NCBI GenBank assembly: GCA_030141605.1
Contig: JAQGDQ010000012.1
Location: 886,359 to 950,358, forward strand
Length of the DNA stretch: 64,000 nucleotides
Origin: Tubiluchus corallicola
Lineage: Eukaryota; Animalia; Priapulida
Reading direction: 5' to 3'
Of the stretch, positions 27,301-42,300 are shown one piece after another; position 1 is the first letter of the stretch, and each line of letters starts with the position of its first letter. Below the pieces are notes generated by a model. It searched no databases. It was not told the origin of the DNA and saw only the letters and a program-made list of their open reading frames with translations. A program made the position numbers and the translations under genes.

Positions 27301-30300
27301 GCACAGCAAACATTATTTTTATGATATCTTGCTGATATCTGAATTTTTGTACACAGTTGGGTTTATGTAAATTTATGGCACAAAGTTCATACTTCCTGTA
27401 TTAAGGACTCTGCTGTTCGAACCATTTTGTCGATGGAAAGTGAAACATCTTCCTTTAAATAATAACAACTGCCTTATTTTTAAAGTTGTAGTTCCTGTGC
27501 ATATTTATGAGCTCACTTTTGGTGTTTGTTTTTTTTGTTTTCCGTTTGTCAATAGCAAGAACAATAGCTTATAGTCCAGTTTGCATAATAACTTAAAAAT
27601 AGTCGTATGACTTGTCAAATTTTAGGTGAAATTGCACTAGCAACTTTAAATCATTGTTTAGCTACTTTTAATGTGGTGTTTTGCATATACATTTACTTGC
27701 AGTTAATGTATTTATAATTTTTGCACTACTTTGTTGATCACTAAAATGCTAGTGACATATGATTTTAGAACATCAAATTCACTATTATAAGTTATTCCGT
27801 ATTTAATGTGAATATAAAAATAAATTATTTTTGAGAACTTAAGTGACTTTGTGTCTTCACCAGCAAAGTAAACAAAGGATATTAGAAAATATGCAAAGGT
27901 TATTACCTGCATATTTGATAATAGTAGGACATATAGGTTCACTCTACTCATGGGCTTCATTGGTAATCTGCTGTTTCTAGTCGCTGTCATGGATAACGTC
28001 TAATTTTTGTGACAAGAAACGTGATGAGGTTTTTATACGAATTATGTGTATTACGTATTGTTCATATCGTCAAAAGTTAATGCAGTGCAGGTCATTTTTG
28101 ACCAGACTTAAAGTCAGTTGCTACATTGGTTTACTTGCAGTCCTTCTGATAAAAAAATGTCTAATAGTTTCCCATTAACTTTATTGCAGAAAAATCTAGT
28201 CCGCCAGATGATAGTGCTTTTTATCATCAGCTGCATAATTTGCCAAACTCTGCAGAATCTGTTCAGGTAACATACTATTCTTATTAGCATTGTTAATGAC
28301 AATTTTTCCTTAATGCAAAAATGAATAGACACTTTAGTGTAAAATTCCTGTTAAAATACTAAGGAAAACTGATCTAAAGTAGCTTGTTAAAATATACCTT
28401 ATCTAGTTCCGTTACCATCTGATAAAGAATTGAAGATAAAAAAAGCAGTAAATGAGTAGCTAAATTCAACATACCTGAAAAACAACACAAAAATTATGCA
28501 AAAAAGATACAGAAGTAAAATGGTGCCAGATATTTGATGATGGGTTCAATAACAGTCATTGATAAACTTGAAAAGTCCATTCATCATTTTCTGGTCTGCT
28601 ACCCTTGGAGTCTAGTGTTAGTCAGTTTGAAAGTGATTGAAAAATCCCAGTCAGTTTAACTCTGTGCCAAGTAAAGGGCACTCCCTTGGCAAGCTGACAA
28701 AGGAGGAGTTATTTATGCCTGATTAATGTTACTGCCCTGACTTTCTGTCTTTTCACTTGCTACACAAGACCTAATTTTGATATTAACAGGATGACAAACG
28801 ACGTGTTGGTACATCAGAAAATCCTATGGATTACCTAGCACCACCTGACGACCTCACTAGACAAGACACGTGGTTCTATATCAAAGAATCTGGCAGGCAA
28901 ATAAAGGAACATGAAGAAAAGCATTTAGATGGGCTGCCAGAAGCCACAGAAAAAACTCCCTTACTCAGGAAATTGTGAGTTGTTTAGACCTCTTTAAATT
29001 GCATGTAATTGCTGAGCTAATAAAGAGTAATTGACCACAAGACCTCCAGAAAATGTCGTAAAAGTGCTATCTTTCTTTGTGAATGTTTTATCACTTATAC
29101 ATTTTTAAAAGTCTAAAACTAAAATTTTTAAAATATTCTATCACAGATTAGAACAACACTTCTGGAATAAAATGGAAAAGCCTGGTGTACACTGCATTAA
29201 CTGTTACTTTTGTGTATTAATCTTATTTAGGTTAGTGACTTGGCTTCCTACTATCCTGTAGCAAATCTTATGCTTTTGATGTTTCAGATCTGTTATAAGC
29301 TTAGACAGTGATAGCAGTGACGTGTCAGATGCCTGGTCCACTTGGTGGCAGAACTGCTGCAATACATGTAGAATGTGTGCCTGTGAAATTTCTGACAAAA
29401 CAAAAATAAAAATCAATAATTTTAAAATATTTCTCCTGGCAGCTGGTGTATTGTTGTGTTGCGTAAGTAGCTTTAAATCTTGGATTCAAAATTCCCATAA
29501 ATAATACTTTTTCTTCTCATTTAAAACACAGCGTAATATTTTTTATAAGTGAAAATACTTCACAAAATGCATACAAGCTTTCAAATGTATAAGGTAATGA
29601 AAGCTTAGCTTCTTTATTTTGATGAGTATTGGTGCACGAAATTGCTGTATTGTTCAAGTGTACATATTAAACAAACTTTCTGTTTATCTTTCTATCAATT
29701 ACTAATTTGTCAGAAGTCAATAATGAATTAGTTTTTTATCTTGAGAAGGAAAAATATTATTTTAAAGTAAACAAAAATGAGTTAAATGAGTATGAAGGAA
29801 TATAATTTACCTGCAAATACAAACTGATAATTTATCATTAGCAAACTTGCAAGTTAGCAAATACATACATGCGAGTTTATTGCTGCACCTATGCTTACAT
29901 AAAGCCATTATGCAAAGGGCTGTCAGATAGAATCATAGAGCGACAAAATAGTCAATTAAGTACTATTTTTGTTTCCGTTAAGTAACTAAATATCTGTTCT
30001 TGTCTATGTTAAAATGCAGTTACCATTTTTTGCATGCTAATATTGAATAAGTGGACAGTGGTATTTCAGTGCACTAATTTGATTTTCAACTAACTCGCAT
30101 TCTTTGCAGTTAATTTTCAGTATAGCTCCTGTGTCAGATATTCATTGGTATCAGTTTGCCGTCTCGGATGATGTTGATAGGTGTATCCTTTTTTCTCTGA
30201 ACTAAAATATCTATGTTTTGTGACTCATTTAGTTAATGCTTAAGAGTAGCCCTGAACAGTGAATTGTGTACTGAGAACTTGTGTTTGTTTCGTAGTGCTT

Positions 30301-33300
30301 TGATTTTTACAGCTTTACTGCTTTGATAAGTACTGAGAAATTTTGCAAAGAAATGATGGGAGGAATTTAGTAAATTTAATAGCTTACTTTGTGCCATCCA
30401 GAGATACAACAAGGGTTTGTTTTCCACATACGATTGCTTATTTAAGTAGCCGAGAAAGCCAGCATTGCTTAATTATTGAAGTTGGTCCTGAGTGTGGTGT
30501 CGATTTTTGTAACTGGGAACGTTCGAAATTTCTACTTGCACTGAAAGATGCTAAGTTGATGTTTAAGCATTTTTTGATGTAATGTGTACATATTATTCTT
30601 CTTTGTAATATCATAGCATACCCTTTATTATGTATGATCGGTTCTAGCGATTATGTGAACTTCTGCTTTTTATGGCTATAATCATTGTGTGGAATACTGG
30701 ATTCCTTAACTTTTCCCTGCAGCTATCAATCTCACATGGTCTAGTTTAACAGAAGTACTGCAAGTACGTACACGAGGACCATTTTTGAATGACGATGCTG
30801 CTATTACTAAAGCCAGAGACAATGTCACCTTCTACTGTCGACGTTTGTATAAAAATGGTTCCACGGAAGTAAGTATTTTTCAAAAAAGTTGTCTGTGAGT
30901 TTTCAGAATTGACCCGTTGCCTAAAATGGTGGCATTAAAAAGTGTACTAAGTACAAAGTAATAATTTATATCAGTAGCACTACTAATTTTAGTTGAGTTT
31001 TTTATAATTATAAAAGAGAGTTACTGTCAAAACAACTAATGTAGTAGTTATTGAGTCTATTACGTACGTAGATAGTTTCTGAGATCTGGACATTGGCTAT
31101 GCAAGAAGATATTGATATTACTGGAGAGCTTACTGAACAAGTTACGTTGCAGCATGACTTTCATATAGACACAGAAAAAGTTGAGTAAGTAACAGTTCAA
31201 AAAATTCGTTTAAAGACAGTACATGATGTTTACTTGATTATTTTGTCTAGCATCCTTTACACTTTTAAACATTTTTCTAATTTTGGCACTTGACATTTAT
31301 GTAAAAATGGATGAATATTTTCGTTAGGCTTGCCCATTTGCTAGCTCAAATAAGTATTTAGTTAACTATGATTTTGAGCATTGTAATTTTTCTGGTTGTC
31401 TTTCAAAGAATGGGGAAAACTCGAATTTAAAGTTTCGTAATGAGCATAACTTGAATGTAATTTCTCATTATTCCTAGCTAGTCTTGGCATAAGTTTCGCT
31501 TTGTTAGCTTTTCATGTGGAGCTGAGACCTTTTTGTCTTGAGTAAAATGGATTGAGAATCGAAAATCGGCTATCTTGCTAAAGTTAAGTAATGGATGATT
31601 GATGTTTTTCTAGGATGGACGGAGTAGCGATATATCAGCTGCATGTGGAATGCACTGCAGATTATCTGGCAACTCTTGTGGTTCAGTATGCTAATCTAGA
31701 TTACAATGCAGTTAATCAGATTGTGTATGCAGCTGTTGTTTTAGTTGGTGTTTATGTGCTCATTATATTCGAGGTTTGTGGAATTTCTTAGTAAAACTGT
31801 TTTTTGGTGAAATCTTTGTGTGCCAAATAAATTAAATTTACTCTGCAGCTGTAATATAAAGTGTGTTATCTTCCTATGCATCTACACCGATTTAATCAGT
31901 ATTTTTTCGAATAGCGACTGTTAGTCTAGTAATCAGTAATCGTACAAATGTGTCTCTAATATCCTTTCTAATCTCTAAGGATTTCTGGTGTATTTAATCA
32001 GCCGATTATTGTAAACAGTGTCTAGTCTAAGAATATCAGAAATATTCTGCCAAGAAGCCTTGCATAAAATACAATAATTAATAAATTAAACAAATGAAAA
32101 TCTTTTTGCAGCTTGAATTACTATGGTAAATCCATATTATGCTTACTGCTGAGTCAGTCGTGACTGCGGCAGAAGAAATCTTTTTATTTACACACACGCA
32201 CACACACACACACACACACACAGTGCTTGTTGAAAACAAAGGTTTGGTTTGTCAGCTTTATACTGATAGGAAATATGCCCAGAAATTTACGTATTTCATT
32301 GAGTTATAAATCCTTAATTATTTCGAAATTTCGGCATGTTTTTTAGTATGTAAGTACCTGTGAGAAAGAATATTTATACATATATCTGGTCTCACTTGTG
32401 ATGTAGTCATTGTGACATTTTGTTTGTTACAGTTTGTGCACCGCACCTTGGCTGCAATGATTGGAGCTTTTGCCATCATAGCTGTTATGGCGTATTTGCG
32501 AGTGGTAAGTCACTAAAAGCTTTTTGTAAGTGTAATGTGCACTTATTATCAAAAATAAGTGTGTAGTTGTGTTAATAACAAGAAAAGAATGGCATCTGCA
32601 AGGTTTGTTCTATTTCTGTACTTGACTGTGTAATATGTATATTTATGTCTATTTATATTATAAATTAATTTATGAATATTATTTTTAAGAGCATTCCTAG
32701 TTGAAAATATGACAATACTTTGTTGTAAAACTATATATTGCAATCCCCATCAATTTGTAATTGTTTCAACATTTAGTACATTTTTCTACTGTTAATCAGC
32801 GAGATGTTTATTACCGGGACTAGTATGGTGAGTAGTACTGTCAACAAGTAACTTCACACATACTAATCACGATAAACACAGCAGTAACAGTCAGTGGAAA
32901 AGTCTTCAAGTCCATCAGGTACACCTTCAAATGGCTAGGGCCATTTCTTTTAATCACGATAAACACAGCAGTAACAGTCAGTGGAAAAGTCTTCAAGTCC
33001 ATCAGGTACTCCTTCAAATGGCTGGGGCTATTTCTTTATCTTTCAGTATTGCATTACTCACTTGGAGCTTTTTCAAATATTTCAGCGACCCACATTGGCA
33101 GAAATAATGACTTGGATTGATTTTGAAACGTTGGGTTTGTTGTTTGGCATGATGACCATTGTTTCAATTTTCATGGAAACCGGTTTCTTTGACTTTGTTG
33201 CTGTTCAGGTATGTTGAAAATTCATTATTGTTTGTTTGATGCATTTAAGTAAAATTTAGTAGCTTTAGTTTTCAGACCGTTAACTAATTAATAAGCAATA

Positions 33301-36300
33301 TTTGATAACAGATGAAATTAAAAACTACCAAAAAATCTCAAATTTTATCTGTGAATAAATTAACAACCTCTTTTTAGTAAAACTGTCTTGAGCCATGATG
33401 AGGACTAAACTAGCACTAGACAACAAAATTAGGACTAATTCCAGACGAAAATAGTCAATCAATTCTTGTACAGTAATTAATCGTTGTAATATATTGTAGA
33501 TTAATCATATGATCGTAGCAATTACTTGTAGATCGTAATGAATCTGGGTAAAACTGCTAAAATGCCAGAATATGTTGGTAACAAATCTGACTTATAACGC
33601 GCTGCCCCTGCACCCAAAAGCAAGTAATCTGCATTTTCTTTTATAGTGAAGCTGGGTTAATAAAGAATTTCCAATAAATTTTTGACTCTGTGAGTTTAGA
33701 TTGGGCCACCGCCATTCAACAGAAAAGAAAAATTACAACCGTAGACGGAAATTTCAATTCTTGATGAGTAATCAGTAAGAGCCCTAAGTTGTGTCAGCAG
33801 CTGAGAGGTTGCAAGTACAGTCATATCTCTGTTGTCTAGTACTCATACAAATCGGTTTTCGACCAGAAAATTAGAGCTGAAATTGTCTCCGCTCTCGACC
33901 AGAATTTCGGTATTCGACCAACCGCCAAACACATGATGAACGCATGTGCTGCGAGGCGAGTAAAGCTGATCGTAGCCTACCGCACCCGAGAGTAGTCACG
34001 CACATTTGAATCGCCTAACATTGCTAAGTGCTTTCTCCGCTTATTTGTTTATGCAGGAATAATTACGTTTTTCTTCGGTACTCAACCAAATCGGTTTTTA
34101 AACACTGCTTATGGTTGGAAACAGAGGTACTACTGTATTTAGAGTTTAAATTGAGTGCCAAATAATAAATAATGGTACCAGTAATACTTCTGCAGCAATT
34201 AGTAGTGGCTCTTTTAACCACACTTATAACTTATATTAGCGTCACAAACTATTAGAAATTTATGATTTGTTCAGGTGTGGTACTATACTTAAGAGTAGGG
34301 CCTCAGTACTTACAAATTTGTGCATAAGTATTGTTAAGTCTACTTTGCTACATTTAAAATGGATTGATACGCAAAATTACGTTTGAATACGTTAATTTCA
34401 TTCTTGCAGCTCGTTTTTGTCATTGCCATCACTATGCCAATCAGGCACTTGTACTAAAATGTAGGAAATTATCTTGACAAATTCAAGCAGTTAACATACT
34501 TCTGCTACACAGTATTGATCACGTCGCTGATTTTTTAAGAAAAAATTTTGTTAGAAGAAGTTTTGATCTTAATGAATATTGTATTCAAAAATTGATTGAA
34601 AACTGCATATTTTGTAATAGGTACAGTATCTAAAACCTGATGCCGACAGTATTGGCAAAGGTTGGCAGCTAAAAAGCTGATTACTGGTCATTTTTTCTTA
34701 AAAATTTTTGTTATTTTTAGAGATGTTGCCTTGTTGACACATTTATTTGTTTCTTTCAGTCGTATAAGTATGCTCGAGGACGTGTTTGGCCTCTCATCAC
34801 TGCTCTTTGTGCATTTGCTGCTGTGATTTCTGCATTTATGGACAATGTTACTACAATATTGTTGCTTGTGCCTGTTAGCATTAGGTATGCACAGCAGAAG
34901 GTTCAGTTACATCTGAAAATATCTTTATTCGTTTCAGATTTAAGTTCTATGTTAGCCTTTTCAAAATATTTAATCAAATGTTATAACCTTTAAGCTATTT
35001 AGCATACTTGTTGGTATAAAAGTAATGCTAGCAAGTCAACAAAATCGTCAGAGTCATAAGGAATTACTGTTTTTTATGGAAAAACATTGTAAAACTTTTG
35101 AGAAAACCATGTTCACCAGTAACTATTGCATAGTAACTGTGTTATGTAAAATTTTCAAAATTCTCAAATTACTGATTAATATTTCTTAACTCATTGTTTT
35201 CCTTTTAACCAGGCTTTGTGAAGTATTGAATTTGGATCCTATGCATGTGCTTATTGCAGAGGTAGTATTTTCTAACATTGGAGGAACTGCTACGGCTATA
35301 GGAGATCCACCAAATGTTATTATAGTCTCTAATGAAGACCTCATGAAAATGGTATGGTCATTAGTCGGACATGCTTATTTTCTTTGAGTGTGTTTGCTCA
35401 TTTTACAGTGCTTCAATTTGGATGTGAAATTAACTTTTTATGAGGACAGGTGGTGCTATACATTATGCAGAATCGCAAATTTTGATTACGAGATACTATT
35501 TTGCAAGCCCATCAATGCAAACACTTTTAAAAGCTTGACTGAATGGAATATCCGTAATGCACCTCTCTTGCTTGCTTTTTAAGCAAATGATTAAAAAATT
35601 TCTATGACATGTAAAAGTTTTATTGCGATGTAACCTTATAAACGTATCTTTTTCATCGTGAATCTGGTTTCATTCTCATTGATATGCACGTAATAAGTTT
35701 TTAGCCAGTTTTTATATTGTGCATTAACTAATTGTTTCTAATTAAAACAGATTCTATAACAATGCTGAATCGCATTCCAGATAATCTATTCACAAAATAG
35801 ATTCCATGACAATGGTAAATGGTGTTCTAAGTGAGATATGCAGCAAGTTGGGCAGAAAAACTCAATAAGCCAATAATCCAAATGCTTCGCATTCCAGACT
35901 AGTTTTTAAACGAATATTTTTTCATTATTCTAGTTTTCGTTCTTCCTACATGTAATAGTAGCTTCTTGCCCAGTAACTTTGGCATTGCTTTCAATAAATA
36001 AAAGGTGTCAGGTGTGCTCAAACTTTTAACATGACCTGGATTGTCATGTTGTCATTGACCAGTAAAACAGAAAACCTACACGTAGTTAGATCCTTTTGAC
36101 ACATTTTTGCTAATTGTAACTTGTCTATTCTAGGGTATAAATTTTAACTCCTTTACTTTGCATATGGTATTTGGTGTGATTCTATGTGGATTTGTTGCTT
36201 ATGGGCAAATGCGAGTAATGTATCGAAGACGACGTTACTTGCAGTTCAAGGACCCACCTGATGTCGTAGGTGTGCCTAATTTCCTGTTGTGTTATTATCT

Positions 36301-39300
36301 CGAAAATATAATTATATGCATTTTTCTGTACCTTTTGTATAGAAAATGGTTTACAGTTAACTAATTTTTTTGGAGAATTCTCAGCTAGCACTATAAGAGC
36401 AAAAGTGCTCCTGTCAATGCTTAGTTATACAAGAGAAAGTAGAATGATTCCTGATTGCAACACTGCTTGTGAATTGTTCATTTACTTGTATGTTTAATTT
36501 TGACAACATGTTTGATTTGTTTGAATTTATTATACCAGAAATTCACCATGAGATTGAGATGTGGAAGAGAACTAAGAACTCGGTAATGTATGGCACTCGT
36601 GATGCTGAGCGTGTCCGGGCATTACTGGACAGCAAAATGACTGATTTAGAAACACGCATGATTGAAAAGAAGCAGAGTATAGCAACTGGGTGAGATAAAC
36701 TTTAACAGTGTTGTTTAGCCCTTTTTGTCTAGTGAAATTTTGGTTGTTGTTTTCTGTAGGTGATTCTAGATGGCGCCAGTTCATAGATACTGTTTATTAC
36801 CTGGCACATTTAGTTCTCACCTGTCAACTAACATTTAGAGGCTGTTTAACACTTTCTCATTTAGTAATATTGCAGCCATAACATTTTGAGTGACATGTTA
36901 ACACCTAATTAATGCACTAACAATCGATAAATATAAATGGCACAAGAGTTGTAAATTGTAGATTTAAAGGCATTTTATGTCAACTCTCATTTGTTTAAAT
37001 AATCATTCTATATTTCTATATCTCTTATCTCATTCATATTTGTTGTTTATCAATATTGCTGTCACTTATCTGTTTCCATAACCTAGTATTATTAGATAAA
37101 GTATAAGAAAGCAAGCGTGAATTTTATATCATAAGCTGATTGTTTCTTTTGCCAGATTGTTTCCTTTATTTAAAATGATAAAGGTAAATGTTTATGTTTG
37201 CTCATGTGGATTTTGAATTTTGTTACAGCATCTCTGTTAGCTGTTTCTTTACAAATTAGTGGTACCTAGTTGCAAATTTCCAAATTTGTGAGATTTAAAA
37301 AACTTTTTTCAGTAATACATTCGAGGAAGATTTTCAGAGCAAGTTGGCACAACTGCAAAAGGAGGTGAATAAAATATTTTCAATGAAGTCTGCCATTTCA
37401 TGTCATTTTGTTATAATAATTAGCAGAGATTGAAATGATTTAAGAGACTTGAGATTAAGTGGTAGAAGTGATCTAATCTAGCATAGAATCAGAAATTGTA
37501 TATTTTTTATGTAGAGCAATTTCTAAATTGGGTATAATGTAATGAATTTTTAGAGAAAAATGGGAAAGTGCAAAGTTTAATGTCACTCACACATGCACAC
37601 AAGTTTTTTAATTTCAAGTAATAATTGTAAGTAAATTGTGTGTGTGTGGGGGTGGGGGGTGCGTGCGTGCGTGTGTGTTTTTGCATGCCTTTATGTGTGC
37701 ATGCGCATTTGTGCATAAGTGCATGTGTTTGTGCACATGTCTATGTGCACAAGCACAAATACTTGAATAATATTCATTTTTGTATTTATGCATGTTTTAC
37801 ATAAGTTTTCTCCACATGCCAGCCAGTGAGATAGGCCTACATTTTTACCTGTCGTAGTCTCATTTTTAGTGATGACATTTTGTTTCAGTATAAAATTAAG
37901 GACAAGGTTCTTTTGATCAAAAGTGCAGCTGTGTTGGTGTGCTGCATTTTGCTGTTTTTTCTTGAACCTTTGGAGGCACTGCACATTAGTCTCGGTAAGT
38001 GATTAGTTTCATAATGTATGCATTATTATTTATTAAGCTTGAATATGTGTCAGATTTATTACTTCTGTCTGAAGCTGAAGTTGTGTATAACTTCTCAGGA
38101 GATTTTTGCATCTTAAATTTTGATTCCCAAAAACTTTTTATGCTTAATGGGCTAGAATTAGTTCTTTAATTCCACTTTAGTGCTAGAACTCCTCTAAGAT
38201 TTTTACTGAATGAGAGTGATATGTTTTTATAGTTTAGTGGCCTGCTTTTCTTGCATGTTTGTTTTTGTCAAATGCTTTTTTAAATGTGGCCAAGTGCATC
38301 ATCTCAGCAGACCCTAACATTTTTAGGCAATGTATTAGAAAAAATGATTACATCCATGTGCCATTGCACCTCTATTACACCCCATTGAATTGTGTATAAA
38401 GTTCTTTGTGCTGTTATGTGGTTTAGAACTGTGATGAGTACGCAGTAAATGATTATTTAGCATACTAACAGTGAATGCACAGTTTCTGTCATTAGCATTG
38501 ATGATATTGTCATATCATAATTTACCGAACTGTTTTAGTAGGCTAAAAGCATGAAAAATTTACATTCATAATACTTATATTATTATAATACCTTAATGGC
38601 AAATGCAAGTTCCATTGTCCTAAAAGACATATTTCTGTTTGACTCCATATCAATGCAAAGTCTTTAATTTCTTTTTTAAGTGCCTCCACTTATTTTACAA
38701 TCAGCCTTTGGCATATTTATAATTACTTTGCAAGTTTGGACATCTGCATTTACAACATCACATTTTAATATTTGTAGCTTGGATTGCAATTATGGGTGCT
38801 ATCATATTACTAGTTCTTGCTGACAGAGATGACTTAGACAGTGTTTTTCACAAAGTGGAGTGGACGACTCTAATTTTTTTCGCTGCTTTATTTGTTCTCA
38901 TGAAGGCAAGTTTAATAAAAATGGCTATGGCTTCTTATGTATTTCTAGCTTTGAAGTTTTAAATATTTCACAACTATTTAAATATTTGCTGTACGCACAG
39001 TAATAGCGTGAAATTTTTTCTTTAAAATTGATTTTAATCCGAAACCATTTTTATTTTTGCAGATTGAAGAGTAGCTTTTTTATTATTTTACGTGTAGAGT
39101 TTTTGTATGTTTTATAAGTAAATCTTGTTTGGTTCCATACATCTCTATTGTAATTTTACCAGGGAACCAGATATGATATAATTCATCAGATATGATTTTG
39201 TATTCTTGACAAAGTGTATTTTTTGTCAATATTTTGACCAGTATATGCGATAGCTGTTCATTTAAAACTTGTGACACATTACTAGGTTGAATACACCGCT

Positions 39301-42300
39301 TTAAAGAAAAGTAACAAACTTTAGTTGATCTTCATGATATGCCATCGTTTCATTAATAGCTTTTTGTCAAGTTGCACACCAGTGTGGCTATGGGCGTCCT
39401 TCAGTGTTTGGTATGTGACACCCGAACAACAGACTTCTGTTCAATACACAAATGGGATGAACAAAATTTTAAGGGTAAAACTGGACGAGAACGAACAAAT
39501 AGATAACAGCAATACATGAAAAGGAGCAGTGACAAAAACTTAATCAGTGTGTTAAATAGTTGATAATAGTTAAAATTGGAATATAGCCGGCATAGTCACC
39601 TGGAAGGTGTCGTGATTGGACAATAAATACGTTCCTACAAAACATGTCTCACCACAGTTAACTGAAACATGTGACACTATCCGGTTGCTAAACATATCAA
39701 AGATGGATGCACGCAGGACATGATATAAAAAGGGCACTTTAATAACAGCTACTTTTTTTAATACATTTTGATGCAATAATTATAAGGGAAAAAAGCTATC
39801 AAACCATTTACTGACCTTCACGTTTTATGGTTTTGTTTGTTACATGTTTGTCAGACTGGTTATTCAATAAGTAAAGTAAAAGACTACTAGGCTTAAATGG
39901 CAACTAGTAATGTCAAATGGCACTAATTTTTTCTCCAAATATATAACATTTATATGTATAATAAATTACTGACTGCTTGGCAGTGTTTTCATAGATACTT
40001 GAAGGAATAAGACATGGTGTAAATATTAACAATAGGTGCAATTGCTCTTGGAAAAAAGTGGCCATTTAGGTCATTATGATCGGTTGCCTACTTTTGCTGA
40101 CGTGGTTAACATAACCTCATTCTTAGGATACATAAAATACAAGAAAGGTTTAGATTTCCTTTACCAAAGTAGACAAAATACACAAAGTAAATATAAACAC
40201 ATGTTGAACCTGAGGAAACTAGATAATAATACATTTGGATGCTGCAAAAGTAGATTTAGATTAAAGATAGGTAAGAAAAAAGTAGATGTTCCAATAATAG
40301 GTATTTTTATTTTTTCTTGTTGCAGGGAATAGAGAAAATGGGTTTGTTAGACTTCATTGGGAATGCTGTTGCTGATTTAATTGGGGGTGTACAGGGTTCA
40401 AGGCGACAACTTCTTGTGGCTATACTGCTAATATTATGGGTGTCGGCACTTGCTTCCAGTTTCGTAGACAATATTCCATTTACAACTGCTATGGTAAGTG
40501 CTTATCTTGGTTGTGAGCTATGAATATATTTATATACATATTCTTGAGTACTGAAACTGCCATATTGTACAAGAAAGGCAGACGAATTTTGAAAGCAGTA
40601 TTTAGCAACATAATATCACAGTTAGTCTGTGTCATTTTACTTTACCCAGATTTAAAAGCGTTTTGATGTAGTGACACTAGAGCCACTGGTACAATTGATA
40701 CAATTGGAGCTATCGGTACTCTATCTAAATTTGAAAGATACGGTTTGGTATTGTAATTGTGTTTGCAGAAGAAAAAGCAAACGGTAACTCTTTCATAAAA
40801 ATTTCTGGAGTGAAAATTATTCATTCCAACAGTGGAGCAAGTCTAACTTTATTTGTTGCTGCACCACTAGAACAAGATAAAAATACTATAAAGTATTATT
40901 AAATTAGAATGCCAGAAAAATCTCTGCACCTCATTGGGACTTGAACTCAAGACATTCTGCTTTATCAGGCAGTTACGCTAACCACTCAGATGCTCTGACT
41001 TTGCACACAAGAATTTATACTAAAAGCCAATAGAAGTCTGTATGGGAATCACAGTCCTTACAGTATGAAGACATAGTACGAGATCAATTATTGTAATACA
41101 ACTAAAATTAAAAAGTATGAAAAGTTTTTTTTTGCACTCGAGCTCAAGACCTTCTGCTTTCCTGGCAACTTTGATAACCTTGGAAACATCACAACTTTTT
41201 TTGGACAGAAATGTACACTATAAGCCACTATAGGTCTATTAATGGGTAATTAGAGTCCACACTGTATCCAAGACATAGTAAGAAATCAGTTATAATGTAC
41301 GAAAGTGATAGTAAATTAGACAATCAGAAAAATTTTGGTTTCAAGTTTCTTGGAGAGACTAGAAGAAACGCTGAGTGGTGTCCATACAACTCAGGTCCCA
41401 CCATTGGTAAGGCAGACTATTTTTGAACCTAGATAAATTTCCTATTAGTCCTTTATGAATGTGGTTATCTTAAATTTGCGTAATTTATTTTAATAAACCA
41501 ATTTTACTTTATTATTTTTTCTTTTAGATTTTCTTTCGTTGAAAAATTATTTGAAAATCTAATTTATGCCTATAACTTACCCACGTAGGTCTTGTTTATC
41601 TGTTAAAATACCTTGTATGAAATATAAATTTGTGCTTTTAATCAGATAATTGCATATCCACAGATTATATAAACTTTCTTGTTTGATAATTTTTTAACTG
41701 AAAAATGTAAAATTATTAATGTGAAATTTTAAATTTTTTTCTGCAGAAAATTTCTCAAAAATATTTCTTAATGGGATTGTGTCATATTATTAGGTGACAA
41801 TTATTGTTCAATTGGCTGAAGATCCGAAGCTCAACCTACCTGTAGCTCCTCTTGTTTGGTCTCTTGCTTTTGGCGCTTGCCTTGGAGGTAAAAAGTCTAT
41901 GTGCTTTTTTATATTTTTATAACTTAGGTTATTTGTCCATACCATAGTTAAATCATAACAACCCATATTCTCAGTGTTTATAGTACTTGAACTCATATTG
42001 AAGTTAAACATAGACTCGCAATGCTTTTGTATGAAATTAGCCAAAAGTGAAAAACTTGCCATCTTTGACAAATTTGCATTAAAATTAGGAACCTGTGCAT
42101 CTGTAAATTTAAGTAAAATTGCCAGTTAATCATGGTGTAGCCAAGCTAAGACTTTTATCTTAAGTCCCTGTAATTATAGTCCCCCAAAATGTTATTCAAC
42201 AATGTCTTTAAATCCACAATTATTTGCTTTAAACAAAGCCACTTACCAAACTAATTGATGGCTGCTATGATGGCCATCGCAACAGATATACAGTGGCCGC

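Noticed and set aside
28400-28720. Coding-looking segment in an OCA2 intron
   Set aside because: Stops in the frames I read and weak splice sites; not needed for the reading frame.
40915-41000. tRNA gene candidate
   Set aside because: Only a degenerate B-box; no cloverleaf, so better explained as a SINE remnant.
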